From Mayamaea pseudoterrestris (taxonomy: Eukaryota): DNA of 64,000 bases. Position numbers and translations under genes: made by a program. Below are positions 10,546 to 22,575 of the stretch, piece by piece. How positions within the stretch are numbered: the first letter of the stretch is position 1; each line of letters opens with the position of its first letter. The DNA lies in the NCBI GenBank assembly GCA_027923505.1, contig BROI01000001.1, positions 186,001-250,000 of the forward strand, given 5' to 3'. A model generated the notes under the pieces. That model saw nothing but the letters and a program-made list of their open reading frames with translations, had not been told where the DNA came from and made no database searches.

Positions 10546-12597
10546 ATGAACATTACCAAGGCTGCTGTCAAGCGCGTCAGATCAGCGTCGCCGTTTCGCA
10601 GGTCACCAACAGCTTTCGAGTTGATCGAGCAGGTTCGCCAACAGGAAATTGAGCAACGACAACGATGTGAAAAACAACTACGTACTCGCCATGAAATGCA
10701 GCAAAATTACTACTCAAAGAGCGCAGTAGATGGATGTACTCGTCGCCCTGGAGAAGCTACAGACCACGAACAAGTTTACTGTATTAAGCCGACAAAAGAA
10801 GGAAATCTTCATCTCACTCAAAACGAGCCCCGTGCCGAGCGACGATCTTGGCGCGAACCTTACAAGGCGTCTTATAAAAATGAAGAAATAGATGCCAGAA
10901 CCTGTGCCTGGTCTTCTGCAAGTTCTCATGGTTGGGACTCAAGAAGAGCTATGCATCGAGAAGCAGAGAAGCAAACGGCGTTTCGTGATCGATTAAGACG
11001 ACCTGAGACACGCAAACAGCAATCAACACATGACCAAACTCGAAGAGAAGAAAAGCCAGCGAGAATACGGCATACTGAGCCGCTCAGTGAGCATTCGCGA
11101 CCTTTCTACACAGCGACGGGTGCTTGTAGAGTGGAACGACATGTTAAGCAGGAGTCAATTAAAAATGGCAAATATATTGCAGATGGCCATCAACTTTTAT
11201 CAACGAGCATACGGAAGCAGGAAGAGACTCTTACAGTTAGCGATCGAGCGCAAAGAAATCGCAAGCTCGCGTTGAAGTTAATAAACTGCGCCGAAAAGGC
11301 TCGGGACCATGAATACGAACAGTTTCTAGCCGCCCAACAAACATTCGCCTCGCTTGATTACGACGTCGTTGCAGGCTTTATAGAGTCGAAGGTGAAGGCG
11401 CAGGCTCTCTGTAGACCAAAAGGATCAGTATCAAGTGACGAGAGCTTGACGAAAAATGAATCATCCCAAATCGATATGGTAACGGTTTGTCCGTCTTCCA
11501 GTTACGAGAACAACATTAGTAAACAGACAAAGGTAGCCGAAAATGTAATGAATGAGCATGACATCCGATCAATCCGCGATACTCTCAGCCTGATTGAAGA
11601 TCGTCTAAGAGATGCGTCGCGCAGCGGGCAAAAAGTTCCGCGTGCGGAAATGATAACTAATTTAAACCGTGTGGCAAAGCTGTTGAACGTATCTATGGAG
11701 GAGATAAACGGGCCACGCGTTCCTTCCAGACAATCTGTTAAAGACGCGGCAACTCATCAATGCCAACAAGGCAGTTTCGAACATGTGAGGGAAACAAATG
11801 ACACTAGTCATGCGTCGTCAGCATCCAGTTTGGCATTCTCAGATGTCGTCGTGCCAAGTGCCGCTGTCGCGATGCCGAGGCAAAGGTCTAAAGCCCCTGC
11901 AATCCAAGACGAAAATTATAGCGACGATGTATCCGATATCGACAACTCAGAGTTTACAAAGTGGGCCAACGAGCTGGAAGACGATGACTCAAGGGAGGCA
12001 GCCAACTTTATTAGAGAGCTCATCAGCAACTTCAGCGCCGATTCAAGTGAGTATGGAGTTATCAAACCCATCCCACCGGCCAATGCGCCAGAACAAAACG
12101 TTTTATTGCAACACAGCAATCGCTCGTCGCTAGTACCTTCTTTGCATTCATGGACTACTAGTAAGCAGCGCGCGGTATATACGATGCAAGAATCGCGCGA
12201 GCGATCAATCTTGCATGACAGGACACCAATCAAGAGCAAACTCCGCCAACATCGAATACAGTCTTGGCAACGCATAAGCCAGGGCGCGTCATCACAATAT
12301 CAGCAGACTACAAATGCATCGGCTGCCCATTTGCTGACCAAACATGTCGATGGGCAACAAGGCGGTAGCGTCGAAGACAATTCATCGTGGAGTGATTCGT
12401 GCACAAGCAACACAATTGAATCTGAGTCTGACGAAAGCACTGTTCGTGTAGAGGTTGCTGGCATCAAAGATGCTATCATAGCTGCTTGCATGCCCTTTAT
12501 GAACCTGGAGGCTGCCTGTGGATCAGTTGACGACCTTATACAGAGAATGACGATCCTACAGCGAGACGCCTCCTATCCACGGTGGCGCCCATCGTAG
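10546..12597 (+). CDS. Hypothetical protein, no recognised domain
   Basis: 683-aa uninterrupted ATG ORF. Confidence 0.7.
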   Translation: MNITKAAVKRVRSASPFRRSPTAFELIEQVRQQEIEQRQRCEKQLRTRHEMQQNYYSKSAVDGCTRRPGEATDHEQVYCIKPTKEGNLHLTQNEPRAERRSWREPYKASYKNEEIDARTCAWSSASSHGWDSRRAMHREAEKQTAFRDRLRRPETRKQQSTHDQTRREEKPARIRHTEPLSEHSRPFYTATGACRVERHVKQESIKNGKYIADGHQLLSTSIRKQEETLTVSDRAQRNRKLALKLINCAEKARDHEYEQFLAAQQTFASLDYDVVAGFIESKVKAQALCRPKGSVSSDESLTKNESSQIDMVTVCPSSSYENNISKQTKVAENVMNEHDIRSIRDTLSLIEDRLRDASRSGQKVPRAEMITNLNRVAKLLNVSMEEINGPRVPSRQSVKDAATHQCQQGSFEHVRETNDTSHASSASSLAFSDVVVPSAAVAMPRQRSKAPAIQDENYSDDVSDIDNSEFTKWANELEDDDSREAANFIRELISNFSADSSEYGVIKPIPPANAPEQNVLLQHSNRSSLVPSLHSWTTSKQRAVYTMQESRERSILHDRTPIKSKLRQHRIQSWQRISQGASSQYQQTTNASAAHLLTKHVDGQQGGSVEDNSSWSDSCTSNTIESESDESTVRVEVAGIKDAIIAACMPFMNLEAACGSVDDLIQRMTILQRDASYPRWRPS

Positions 12598-12686
12598 TCC
12601 ACAAATGATAGGTACAGATAATGTGTAGACTACTAGTATGTGACATATATCATCTCTTGAGCTGTATGCACTCAAGTAACAGTCGA

Positions 12687-13976
12687 TTAGGAGCACGCAT
12701 ACGCCTCGAGATCCTTGCCGTTGTACAAGAGCACCGCCATGACAACATTGACAATTCCCAAGCAGTAAATGGCACCAAGCGAGGTGCCAAACAGCACCAT
12801 GCTCAGCATTCCAGTCATGATGACACTCATAGCCGTGGCATATCCCTTCAATACCGAGTCAGCATACTTGAGCACTGACGCTACAATGAGACCGCCAAGG
12901 GCGCTCATGATAATGGAGCATCTGCGGCGAAAAGAAGTCAAATTGAGATCTTCATTCGAGTAATACACCACATTCCACGACACAACTTACACTGCTCCAA
13001 AGGAGAAGTTATGAAAGAGTCCATACTGAATTATTGTTGCAAAGTCCGTCATGATTGCCCAAACACCAATGGTCAGTAGGCTCATTAGTGCCAATTGCAC
13101 TTGCGTATATGCCAAGCCGTACTCATTGCCATCCGCATCGAGCGGCTTGATCACTGCCCCGCCTCCTTTAATGACCTTTTCCGTATATACGGAAGCAAAT
13201 CCTGAACTCAATGCAATGCCAAGCGTTGCCAAGATTCCCTTGGTCGCATTGCCCCGGTCGTCCATCGATGCATTTGCTCCGCCTCGATCCAAATTGCAAA
13301 GCATGACGCCGCATGTCAGCAGCACCAAACTAACTATTTGAATGCGTTTCAGCTTCTTTCCCAACACGACAGCGGCAAAGGTGGCGGTAAAGAGTAGTTT
13401 CGACTGAACCGCCACGCTGAAAATGGCCGCGTTCAAATTGGCAAGCGCCACATACTCCAAACTCATTTGTAGATTGTACGCCGACGCTGGAACTGCCAGT
13501 AGCATGGTGTTTCGTTGATCTGCCTTGAGAAATCTCAGTATTGACAGCGGCGACTTGCGCATGACAAGTATAATATAAAGTGTCGAAAGGCTCAGCTTGA
13601 TGGACTCGCTGCCCAAGACGGCGGCCGACGTGAGAAACTTTGGCTGATTGGCCATGACGGCTCGCATCAATAAATTCTTTCCGCAGTTTTGAACTGCTAG
13701 TAACACCAGTACGAACAAGGCTGGTGAGCAGAATGAATTGCCGTGTCCCTTGACGGATGCTGCTTCCTCCTCCTGCCTCGCTAGCTGCTTTTCTTCCTCC
13801 GTTTCAATCGCTTCGACAATTTGCTTGACTTTTGGCAACTCAAGGTCATCATGGTCGTCTGAGCTTGTAGCAATATCAGCTGATACGAGAGATTCGAGCA
13901 AGTTGTCGTCATCCTTCTTGTCGGCGGCATGCGATCGAAAGATCATGCCGCTGCTGATGCCCATGCTTTGGAGCAT
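12687..13976 (-). CDS. Nucleotide-sugar transporter (SLC35A, CMP-sialic acid/UDP-galactose type); intron 12922-12990
   Basis: LAVPASAY, Q.KLLFTA.F, SGFASVYTEK, GGLIVASVLKYADSVLKGYAT; GTAAGT..CAG intron restores frame. Confidence 0.9.
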
Positions 13977-14306
13977 TGTTTGTATCGCTACAATGAGAAA
14001 CGTATACTCTCCTTTTCTTTAAATCTCTCCTTTCGTGAATTTAGTTTGCTTCGGGAGTCAAGCTTGACAATGATCAAAGTTTCGATGGAAGGCGGCCAAG
14101 CCAACTTTCATCAGCCTCGTCGCGACGGCGCGGCGACCGCGAAAATCAAAACCGCTACGATACAATCTACCGTCGTTTTCCGTTACAAACAGTCATGCAT
14201 GCTCATGATACTTGTACCGATGTACTTCCCTAGCTCTTACTTACAGTTAGTAAAAGTAAGGCGCGTTCTACATGACCGATAGAGTATCTGAGTGTAATTT
14301 TCTTTG

Positions 14307-16103
14307 TTAAGTCGAAGGCGATGATCGCGGCAAGAACGAAAAAACATTAAACGGATTCCGTCGTAGCACCTCGTAAAACATGGACACGTCGCTCATTTGC
14401 GGTTCCGGCTCCAGAACACGAGCGGCCTCCGCCGCGCCCACCCCCGGCACACCAAGGAGTGAACCAAGAAACAATCTCTGCTGGTTCGCGGCCATGAAAC
14501 GAAGCGCTCGACTCTGCCAAGCTGGGTCAAAGGCAACCCGCGTTCGGCGAAGACCACCTACTGTATCTAGTATTGAGAATTCAACCACCATCGAGTCATC
14601 TGAATCAAAAGCCTCCAAAACCGCTTCAGAAAGTATCAAGGGACCACAAAACCCATTGCTGGGGCATAATGTCACCTTTCGAAGTGTCATGTTTCCTTTC
14701 ATATGATTGACAAGGACTCTCTCCAAATCGTCAGTCCACTCCGCAAAGATGAAACACAGCTCGTGAATGTTCCATAGGCCACTTTCCTTCAACATATACA
14801 GCATGGGCGCACTGTCACGGGTTAAGTCTGCTAGTGTTAGCTTTAAGATGAGTGGAACACTTGAGTAGGTCCGGCAAAGACTTTCAACAAAATTTTGGTC
14901 CGTGGAGTGATTGATAAATGTCCGTCCGAAATGCAGCTCCAGTGTGATCGACTCGGTCATGTCCCTTCGATCCTTTGCTTTTGAAAGCGTTCTAGTCGAT
15001 CTGCGAATTCTTGTTGTAGCTCTGCCTCTTGCGCTTGAGCTTTTGTTTGCCTCTTTCCAAGCGCGGCTTCGGCTTAATATGACGGAGTGATTGCTTACAT
15101 GCAGATTGGCTCTTCGCCAAGTCAAGATTCCTTTGCAAATAATTTCGCCAGCTATAGGGGATTCAATGGCAATGCCCCCAAAATCAAATTCCTGAAGTGA
15201 TGGACTTTCCAAGAGTAGCCTCAATGCGTGGGCGTCTGCCTCCGATGAAATGCTAATGGGCACTGTAGATGTGTGGAGAAAGTACCGGCTATCAAGAGAA
15301 CACCGAGAGAGACTCGGTAGTAAGGCGAGTGCAGCGCAAATGCTTGGCAGAGTCTCAATGGAAAGGCAAGTAACATGCACTATTTGCAACGCCTGAAGCC
15401 CACCAATGAGCTTGCAAAGACAGTGTACGTTCTCGTCGTTACAGTCCAAGTGCTTTCCGAGCGTCAACTTCAAAATTTTACTGTTCGTGAAGTTTTTGCA
15501 TATAACAGATATCAATGGTAGTGTCCTGGTGGAAAGGCCTTCGATGATAAGACTTGCTACACCCTGCAAATCACCGAGCCACTCCAGAATTTCAGTTGCG
15601 CAGGCCATAAAATCTGGTAGAGCATTATCTACCTGTATCAATCGTTCGACTTGTTCTTCAAAATTGCGAAGATCAATGCGCGCCAAGTAAATGGGCGAGC
15701 AGCATTGAATAGCCGCTGCTGCTCGAGTGAGGTACTTCTTGCGACGGCCAGGAAAGAGGGCAAGTACTACAACTATATCCGTAGTAATGTTTATTGTTTC
15801 ATGTCCATTCTCCAGCTTTAGAATTTCAGCATTCTCCAGCTTTAAAATTTCAGATTCATAATGATGTAAGGCTCCTCGCTCTCGCTGAGTAGTTTTTGAC
15901 GCAAGAATTTCCGTCTGAGCCGGCGTCAAGACTTTTCTTTTGGCTTTGTCACAACGTCGCCTCGCGGCCCACTGGCGGCCAAGTCGGAACACCATTTGGG
16001 TTAATCGAAAGCCTTTTTTTGATTGTCGGTCAGTGATGAATGTAACGTCGCAGTCAATGCGCAGCAAGCGGCAAGAGACTGCCTTTTTTGGAATAATGGC
16101 CAT
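14307..16103 (-). CDS. Hypothetical leucine-rich (RNI/LRR-like) protein
   Basis: 598-aa ORF with LxxLxL-type segments (LQALQIVHV, LPSLSRCSL, SLQEFDF, TLRKVTL); start uncertain. Confidence 0.6.
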   Translation of the reverse strand: MAIIPKKAVSCRLLRIDCDVTFITDRQSKKGFRLTQMVFRLGRQWAARRRCDKAKRKVLTPAQTEILASKTTQRERGALHHYESEILKLENAEILKLENGHETINITTDIVVVLALFPGRRKKYLTRAAAAIQCCSPIYLARIDLRNFEEQVERLIQVDNALPDFMACATEILEWLGDLQGVASLIIEGLSTRTLPLISVICKNFTNSKILKLTLGKHLDCNDENVHCLCKLIGGLQALQIVHVTCLSIETLPSICAALALLPSLSRCSLDSRYFLHTSTVPISISSEADAHALRLLLESPSLQEFDFGGIAIESPIAGEIICKGILTWRRANLHVSNHSVILSRSRAWKEANKSSSARGRATTRIRRSTRTLSKAKDRRDMTESITLELHFGRTFINHSTDQNFVESLCRTYSSVPLILKLTLADLTRDSAPMLYMLKESGLWNIHELCFIFAEWTDDLERVLVNHMKGNMTLRKVTLCPSNGFCGPLILSEAVLEAFDSDDSMVVEFSILDTVGGLRRTRVAFDPAWQSRALRFMAANQQRLFLGSLLGVPGVGAAEAARVLEPEPQMSDVSMFYEVLRRNPFNVFSFLPRSSPST

Positions 16104-16269
16104 GGCTCATGGCGCTCGGAACTTTCGTGCCGTGATTCGTGATGACGTCAAGATCCGGACGGGATCGTAGCGGCACTCAACATCAACGTCGCGATCTTCT
16201 CCGCTCTTCGAGATCAACCATGGATAGACAGTTCTACCGTAGGCCTGACGATAAGACAAGAAGCAAAGC

Positions 16270-16737
16270 ATGAATCCTCTTCATCGCTTGGCGTTATGTC
16301 TATTTGTAATATTGTTGCCGGCCACTCAAGGCTTTTCCGTCTCGCCATCAACTACTTTTACGACGACTGCTCATTTAAGTCTTCACGAAGAGCCGTCGAG
16401 ACGTATACGCTCATATTCACTACAAGGACGTTACAATTTCGTCTTGCACGCTAGAAACGACGAGAAGAAAGATTTGGAAAACGTCAAGGTAAATCTCATT
16501 CCCGATGTTGATGCGACAACATTGACTGCCATTGGATTTGGCTTGATTGCCTTCAATTTCTTTGTACTCGGTAAGCACGAGACATGCAGCTGTGAATGCT
16601 AGTAGTTGCATCAATGATACTCTATATAGTCTTACCCTATTTGATACATATACCTAGCCAACCTGGGCGATGGAGTATTGCAGGAACACTTGCAACGGTC
16701 ATTAACAAGTCAAAGGAATAGTCGAACAAAAACCTAA
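16270..16737 (+). CDS. Small, probably plastid-targeted membrane protein; intron 16571-16657
   Basis: Signal peptide followed by TQG|F and an S/T-rich transit-like segment; hydrophobic LTAIGFGLIAFNFFVL; GTAAGC..CCTAG intron; C-terminal frame uncertain. Confidence 0.6.
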
Positions 16738-16808
16738 GGCTTTGCGCTACACATGCCGCATTTTGAAACACCAATAACAATATAAACATGCTAACGTTAT
16801 CATGCTGC

Positions 16809-18566
16809 TCACTTTGGAGCTTGCATCACTTCCATTCCGCCCATGTAGGGACGTAGGACCGTCGGAACAACGACTGATCCATCCGGTCGCTGGTAATTCT
16901 CTAGCACGGCCACTAACGTACGTCCCACTGCCAACCCACTACCATTAATTGTATGACAGAGTTGCGGCTTGACTTTTTTTGGCTTCTTCGCCTTCTTGTC
17001 CGTGCCTTCGTCGTCACCAGCGGCTGGACGATACCGCAGACTCATGCGTCGCGCCTGAAAGTCGCCACAGTTGCTGCAGGATGAAATCTCGCGATATTCC
17101 TTGGCACCCGGCAGCCACACTTCCAAGTCGTAGCAGTGTCGCGCGGCAAAGCCAATGTCACCGGAACATAGGCGCATTTTGCGATAGGGCAGCTCCAGTG
17201 CCTGCAGGATGGCTTCAGCGTCCTCCGTGAGCGCTTCATGCTCGTCATTGGACGATTCCGCACTGGTAATCTTGACGAGTTCCACCTTGTGAAACTGATG
17301 CGTACGAATCAGTCCCTTTGTGTCGCGCCCGTAGCTTCCCGCTTCGGCGCGAAAGCACGGCGTGTAGGAAACATACTTGATGGGCAAGTCGCTCGCCTCC
17401 AAAATGTCGTTGCGATGCAAATTCGTCACTGGCACTTCCGCCGTGGGAATCAAAAAGGCATCCTCTCCGTTGCAGGTGTGACTGGAAGGTGAAATGGCGA
17501 ACAAGTCTTGCTCAAACTTTGGTAGTTGCGAGGTTCCTTCCAGTGCCGATCGTCCCACCACGTATGGAACAGTCACTTCCGTGTATCCCTTGTTGACATG
17601 CATGTCCATCATGAACATGGCCAGTGCGCGTTCCAGTCGCGCAATACTACCCGACAGAGCGACGAAGCGGGCGCCGGAAATCTTGACGGCAGCCTCGGCC
17701 ATGTAACCCTGCAGGTTGCTGGCAACATCGTCGTGCCAAAGTGGTTCCCAGTCGCTGCTGTCGGCTAGTGTGTTCCACTGCAGTCGCTTCGGGAGCGCCT
17801 TCACGTCGCCCCATTCCTTCACAACCACGTTACTTGTTTCGTCCTTGCCATTTGGTACCATGTCGTCGAGTAGATTGGGAACGCCTGCCAGCAAGTCGTC
17901 CATGCGCGCCTGCAGCTCAACCAGCTTGGTGTCGGCATTGCTGGCGGCGAGCGCCGCCACTTGACTCTGCTGCTTGGCTTGTTCGAGTAATGTGTCATTG
18001 TCGTTGTTTTCATTGTTGTCGTCGTTGTCACTGCCTTCTACTTTCTGTTGTTTCTGTTGAGCGGCCAGCAACTGTCCCACGGTCGCCGACGCTTGCTTGC
18101 GCTGGTGCAAGGCGTCGTCGCGCTCCATAATAAGCTGCGAGCGCTGCGCCGTGAGTTGCGACAGCTCCATGACGGCGTCCGTCGGTGCCTGGCGGCTGTG
18201 CAAGTGACTCAAGACCACATCCAAGTGCGCATCAATGGTTTTCAAATCGAGTGACAAGTCTTGTCGAGATAGTCGCTTAGTTGTAGATGTTGATGAAGCT
18301 GCATCGGTTGAAAGTGTAGCTGCTATACTTTCTGTAGTCGGATCAGTGGTGGAATGTAGCATGGACTTGATGTAAGTTGTTGGAACCAAGTAGTGGTGTC
18401 GCGACAGATGATGCAGTGACGCTGGAATGCGACAGGATCGGCTGCTAGTCGACCACGCCCGCACAACGTGTTGACGCGCCGTTGCCACCAAAAGAAACAT
18501 GGCTACAAGCTTTTTGCTGCTGTTGCAAAGGTAAGTGTAAGGTGTAGATTCCATCAGCGACTGCAT
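16809..18566 (-). CDS. serS: Seryl-tRNA synthetase, organellar (bacterial-type)
   Basis: [64 protein letters not shown]-terminal targeting extension. Confidence 0.96.
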   Translation of the reverse strand: MQSLMESTPYTYLCNSSKKLVAMFLLVATARQHVVRAWSTSSRSCRIPASLHHLSRHHYLVPTTYIKSMLHSTTDPTTESIAATLSTDAASSTSTTKRLSRQDLSLDLKTIDAHLDVVLSHLHSRQAPTDAVMELSQLTAQRSQLIMERDDALHQRKQASATVGQLLAAQQKQQKVEGSDNDDNNENNDNDTLLEQAKQQSQVAALAASNADTKLVELQARMDDLLAGVPNLLDDMVPNGKDETSNVVVKEWGDVKALPKRLQWNTLADSSDWEPLWHDDVASNLQGYMAEAAVKISGARFVALSGSIARLERALAMFMMDMHVNKGYTEVTVPYVVGRSALEGTSQLPKFEQDLFAISPSSHTCNGEDAFLIPTAEVPVTNLHRNDILEASDLPIKYVSYTPCFRAEAGSYGRDTKGLIRTHQFHKVELVKITSAESSNDEHEALTEDAEAILQALELPYRKMRLCSGDIGFAARHCYDLEVWLPGAKEYREISSCSNCGDFQARRMSLRYRPAAGDDEGTDKKAKKPKKVKPQLCHTINGSGLAVGRTLVAVLENYQRPDGSVVVPTVLRPYMGGMEVMQAPK

Positions 18567-19151
18567 GGAAATGGTCTAATGATATGGCTGCTGATCCTGT
18601 CGCGGATGAGCTGGAGCGTGTGTTTGATCGCTGCACCACTTTCCAGTATTGGTAGCTTTGTCAAGCCTTTCACAACCAAGATAGCTTTTTATTCTCGACA
18701 AGAAACGAAGCGCTCAAGAGAATGAATCAGAGTTAGATTTTTAAAGGTGTCGCCTTGTCGCTTGGTTGGTTTGTTGTTGCTTGCTTGGTTTGGACGAACG
18801 GCGCGCCGCGCCGCGATGACGCGTGACAAATGTCGCATCGCAACTCATGACGTCATCTCATCTTGACGGACAGACGTACGCACGCAATCGGATATCGCGC
18901 GAGAAGCAAGCAGAGAACCACTGCATCCTTTGCGACTGCTTCATATATCATCGACTCTCGCGTCTGCTTCCCTTCTTGCTTAAACGAGAGTCTCTTTAGC
19001 AAAACTTTACCCCGCTAGAATTAGATCTTGGAAAGAGAGCGCTGCAAAAAGTTATTGACTCTCACGGAACGGACCCTCTCCTCATCATCGACGCCTTCGC
19101 GTATTGCCTCGATTGATACAAGCAATTCAAAATTTAGTTACAGAAATTAGA

Positions 19152-21224
19152 ATGTCAACTCCCATCAAGAATGACTTCAAGCAAGCCGCGCGTCATGTGC
19201 GGACGCCGACGGAGGAGCTCAAGCAGCAAATGCTATTCATGGTGAATCTTCAGAACGAGCAGCAGCGACAGCAATCCAGTATTGGTCGCAGCAGCAGCAA
19301 TGCAGCTATTGCTAATGACACTAACGAAACAAACGCTTCCTACAATAATCTTCTGTCACATAGTCCGACTCCATATCCAACGCTAAAGGCGTCGAACAGC
19401 AGCGGTTTGCTCAAGCAGGCGCCTCCGCCGCGCATTCCTCCGCCGCCGCAGGCAACTGCAGCATTGAACGTTACCGACAAGGACTTTTTCCTCGATCCAA
19501 CCGTGGGAACGGGAACCATGACAATCAACTTTGCAGCGACAAAGACGCAGCAGCAGCAAGATTCTCTGGAGGCCAGCCCGATTACGGTGCGACCGCCAGT
19601 GGTAACTGCTGCTGCTGCTGCTGCTGCTGCTGCGAGCCAACGTTCCGCACCCACTTCGCTAGCGGCGGCGGATGCGACGACTACGACTACGACCACCTCT
19701 TCACTGCTGCAGCTACCTTCCTCCAATCATGCGACTACCATGAATCAGTCGACTCTGAAATCGAGACGATCACTAACGGGGAATCTTAACTCGTATGGAA
19801 CGCTTGGATTGAATGCGGAAGATGACCAAGATGAAGCGATGCTGCCTTCGGCATCGGAACAGCAGCAACACGAATCCTCATTGACGCAACAGCGAGACCA
19901 GGTAGTGCAAAGTGATGCATACTACGGAGTTGCGGCTACTGCCGCAAGTGATCCGTACGCGCCCTTGCTCGCCCCGTCTGGTGCTGCGGCAACGTTAGCT
20001 GCTCCGAACATGCCCTCGTACCAGCAGCAGCAACATCACGGACACCAACAAAACGTCAACAAGCCTGCGCCGCTCCGATCCATGCCGATCCATCCTCGAC
20101 GTCGGTCGCTCTTGCATAAGCTTAGTTCCTGCTGCAACTTGAATCAATGTCGCGGACGTTTCCGTCGCAACAATTGCTCAACGAACAACATTTCCACGTC
20201 TTGCTGCAGCAGCAACAACAGTAACGAGCTGCTTCGATCTTTCTGCTACGGCGCCATTGACGGATTATTGACTGGTTCAAGCATTCTAGGAGCCTTTTAC
20301 GGACTGCAACTCTTGCCAGCGTTTGGTGCAGATGTAACGACAACGTTCACATCATCATCAGACAGCACAACAAGCACCACTCTATTACTATGTTGCTTAT
20401 CCGCCAGCGCCTGCTTGGCCGATGCCTTGTGCATGGGAGTGGGACACGTTTGGTCGACGCGAAACATGGTGGAGCATCAGGTGCGCGAGCGATCCGTCGC
20501 GCGGCGCTCGCTGCTGCAGCACCGGGCCGACGCCAAGGGACAGCTGGTGGATGTTTTGCTGCAAAAGGGCATGCTCAAGATTGATGCCATGAGTATTGCT
20601 GATACGTTGGAAGGATATCCCGACTTGTTTGTGAGTGCGTTGCTTGGTGAAGCGTTCACTGTGAATGCGTTTGGTGCGGCTGGTGGTGACGATCATGACG
20701 ACGACGACCAGTGTGATTTTCGTCCGCCCCAAGAAGTTTTCTATAGCGAGCTGGAGTATTCGAGCGACGATGCGGCGGCGGCTGCGGCGCCTACATCTGT
20801 CCTTCACGTTCCATCACACCCGCGACTCTCCGAGGCAACGTACGATGCGAGTAACTCTGTGAGTCATGCTGTTGATAGCGCGGTCAATGATGCCCGCAAG
20901 GAAGCCTTGTGCATGATGCTTGGGTTTGGTATCTTTAGTTTGGTTCCGTCGCTCGTGGTGCATGGCGTGGCGTTGATGCTTGGCGAAGGTAGCGGTGCAA
21001 ACGATGACGGCGACGTGCACGGCGGATTCAGCGTTGCTGCGCACCCGACGGTGCTAGCCATGACTGTGATTGGCAGCGTCATGTGGGTCTTGGGTGTCTG
21101 GAAGAGTCGTTTCGTGGATAGTCATTGGTTGCTCTACGCTGTTGAAACGTTGGTAGTGTGGAGCCTGTGCATGGCGTGCGCCTACTTTTGCGGAAGCTTT
21201 CTCAAGTCGGCCTTTTTGGCGTAG
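19152..21224 (+). CDS. VIT1/CCC1-family vacuolar iron/manganese transporter-like protein with long disordered N-terminus
   Basis: CYGAIDGLLTG, LADALCMGVG, C-terminal TM helices with LGVWKSRF; first ATG at 19152. Confidence 0.75.
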   Translation: MSTPIKNDFKQAARHVRTPTEELKQQMLFMVNLQNEQQRQQSSIGRSSSNAAIANDTNETNASYNNLLSHSPTPYPTLKASNSSGLLKQAPPPRIPPPPQATAALNVTDKDFFLDPTVGTGTMTINFAATKTQQQQDSLEASPITVRPPVVTAAAAAAAAASQRSAPTSLAAADATTTTTTTSSLLQLPSSNHATTMNQSTLKSRRSLTGNLNSYGTLGLNAEDDQDEAMLPSASEQQQHESSLTQQRDQVVQSDAYYGVAATAASDPYAPLLAPSGAAATLAAPNMPSYQQQQHHGHQQNVNKPAPLRSMPIHPRRRSLLHKLSSCCNLNQCRGRFRRNNCSTNNISTSCCSSNNSNELLRSFCYGAIDGLLTGSSILGAFYGLQLLPAFGADVTTTFTSSSDSTTSTTLLLCCLSASACLADALCMGVGHVWSTRNMVEHQVRERSVARRSLLQHRADAKGQLVDVLLQKGMLKIDAMSIADTLEGYPDLFVSALLGEAFTVNAFGAAGGDDHDDDDQCDFRPPQEVFYSELEYSSDDAAAAAAPTSVLHVPSHPRLSEATYDASNSVSHAVDSAVNDARKEALCMMLGFGIFSLVPSLVVHGVALMLGEGSGANDDGDVHGGFSVAAHPTVLAMTVIGSVMWVLGVWKSRFVDSHWLLYAVETLVVWSLCMACAYFCGSFLKSAFLA

Positions 21225-21460
21225 ACTACGTGAAGAAAGGTCATGACAAGTTGTCGAAATGCTCGGACTTGAACGAGACGTCTCGATAAGATACGATATG
21301 ACAGTTGATGCGCTACACTAGATAAAAATAGACTGCCTTTTCATACAATAATTCCTCCTTATATTCTTCAATCGTCTCCTTTTGCTACAAGATCCCTCCA
21401 AGTCAACGACGAATAATCCTTTACCCTCCACAACTCTTAATTTCTCGTCGTTCGCTCAGC

Positions 21461-22240
21461 TCACACCAACGTTTCAAATCGCGTTCCATCCATGACTCCT
21501 CCCCGCAAGGTTCGATTGACGAGCTTTTCAAACTGCCGCACATCCTTGCGAAAGAGCTCGGCCGCTTCATGGTTTAACGGATCATCCGGATTGGGTTCGT
21601 AAAAGAGATAAATCAATCCATAAATGACACTATTAATGTCAAGCACCGGCTTCCAATCCTCTCTCAAAATATTCAAACAAACCTTGCCTTGCAAATCAAT
21701 GTTAGGATGATAAATCTTGGTCTTGCATTCCACCTTGGGCGGCGAGTGGGGATAGTGCGGCGGAATGACAAAGGAAAAGTGATAGGTGGCCGACTTCCAG
21801 TAGCCAGAGTCGGGGCAAATTTTCACGTCAAAGTTGGTCAAGTCATTGGGATTCTTCCAAGAAACTGTAGCGACCTTGCCGCCGTCCAATTCGGCAATGT
21901 CTGATTTAATAATAATAGTCAAGACGAAATGAGCAAGACATCACCGTGACTCGACAATGTAATTCTCCTCCTTTCGCATTCTTCAAATTCATTCATTCGT
22001 ACCTTTTTGAATTCGTATTTCACCCGGCGTTCGCTTCTTGCCGCCGCTACCGTTACTAGCAGCATCCGCCGAGGCATTCTTGACCTTTTTGCCGCCGACG
22101 CCTAGCAGATTGACCTTGCCGCCATCATGGTTGGATGGTGATTCGTTGCTGCCTGCATCGTTCGCGGCTGCGGTGGACGCTGCTTCCTCCGCAGCCTTTT
22201 GAGCGGCGTCCGCTTCTCGTTTCTTCTTTAGTGCGAGCAT
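21461..22240 (-). CDS. UBC12: NEDD8-conjugating E2 enzyme; intron 21901-22002
   Basis: GEIRIQK|DIAEL, YHPNIDLQGKVCLNILREDWKPVL, EPNPDDPLNHEAA. Confidence 0.93.
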
Positions 22241-22575
22241 AATTTAATTAATTAAGAGTAAGTGATGTGATGCGATGCGATGCTCTGCAAAGAGTACCAA
22301 GCAGGTGCGCGAAACTGGCAAGTCCTCAATCGAGAGAAACTGCATCAGTCGCTTGCGGTGCGCGGCGCGGCGCGCCATGCAGTGGTTTCATGTCATGCTT
22401 TGGCGTTTGTGCTTTCGTCAGTCACACTGAGAACCGGAGCGACAATCTCGCGGCCGTCCTCGATCGAGACGTGAGATGATCCACGAGACGAATCTGTCAA
22501 TCCAATCCATCATCTAAGTTGTCATCTTGACAGCTCTACTCTACACCAGACCCTCCCAAACTACGTGCATTAAAC

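Noticed and set aside
15806..15853. 24-bp tandem duplication encoding EILKLEN twice
   Set aside because: In-frame local slippage with no evidence of function
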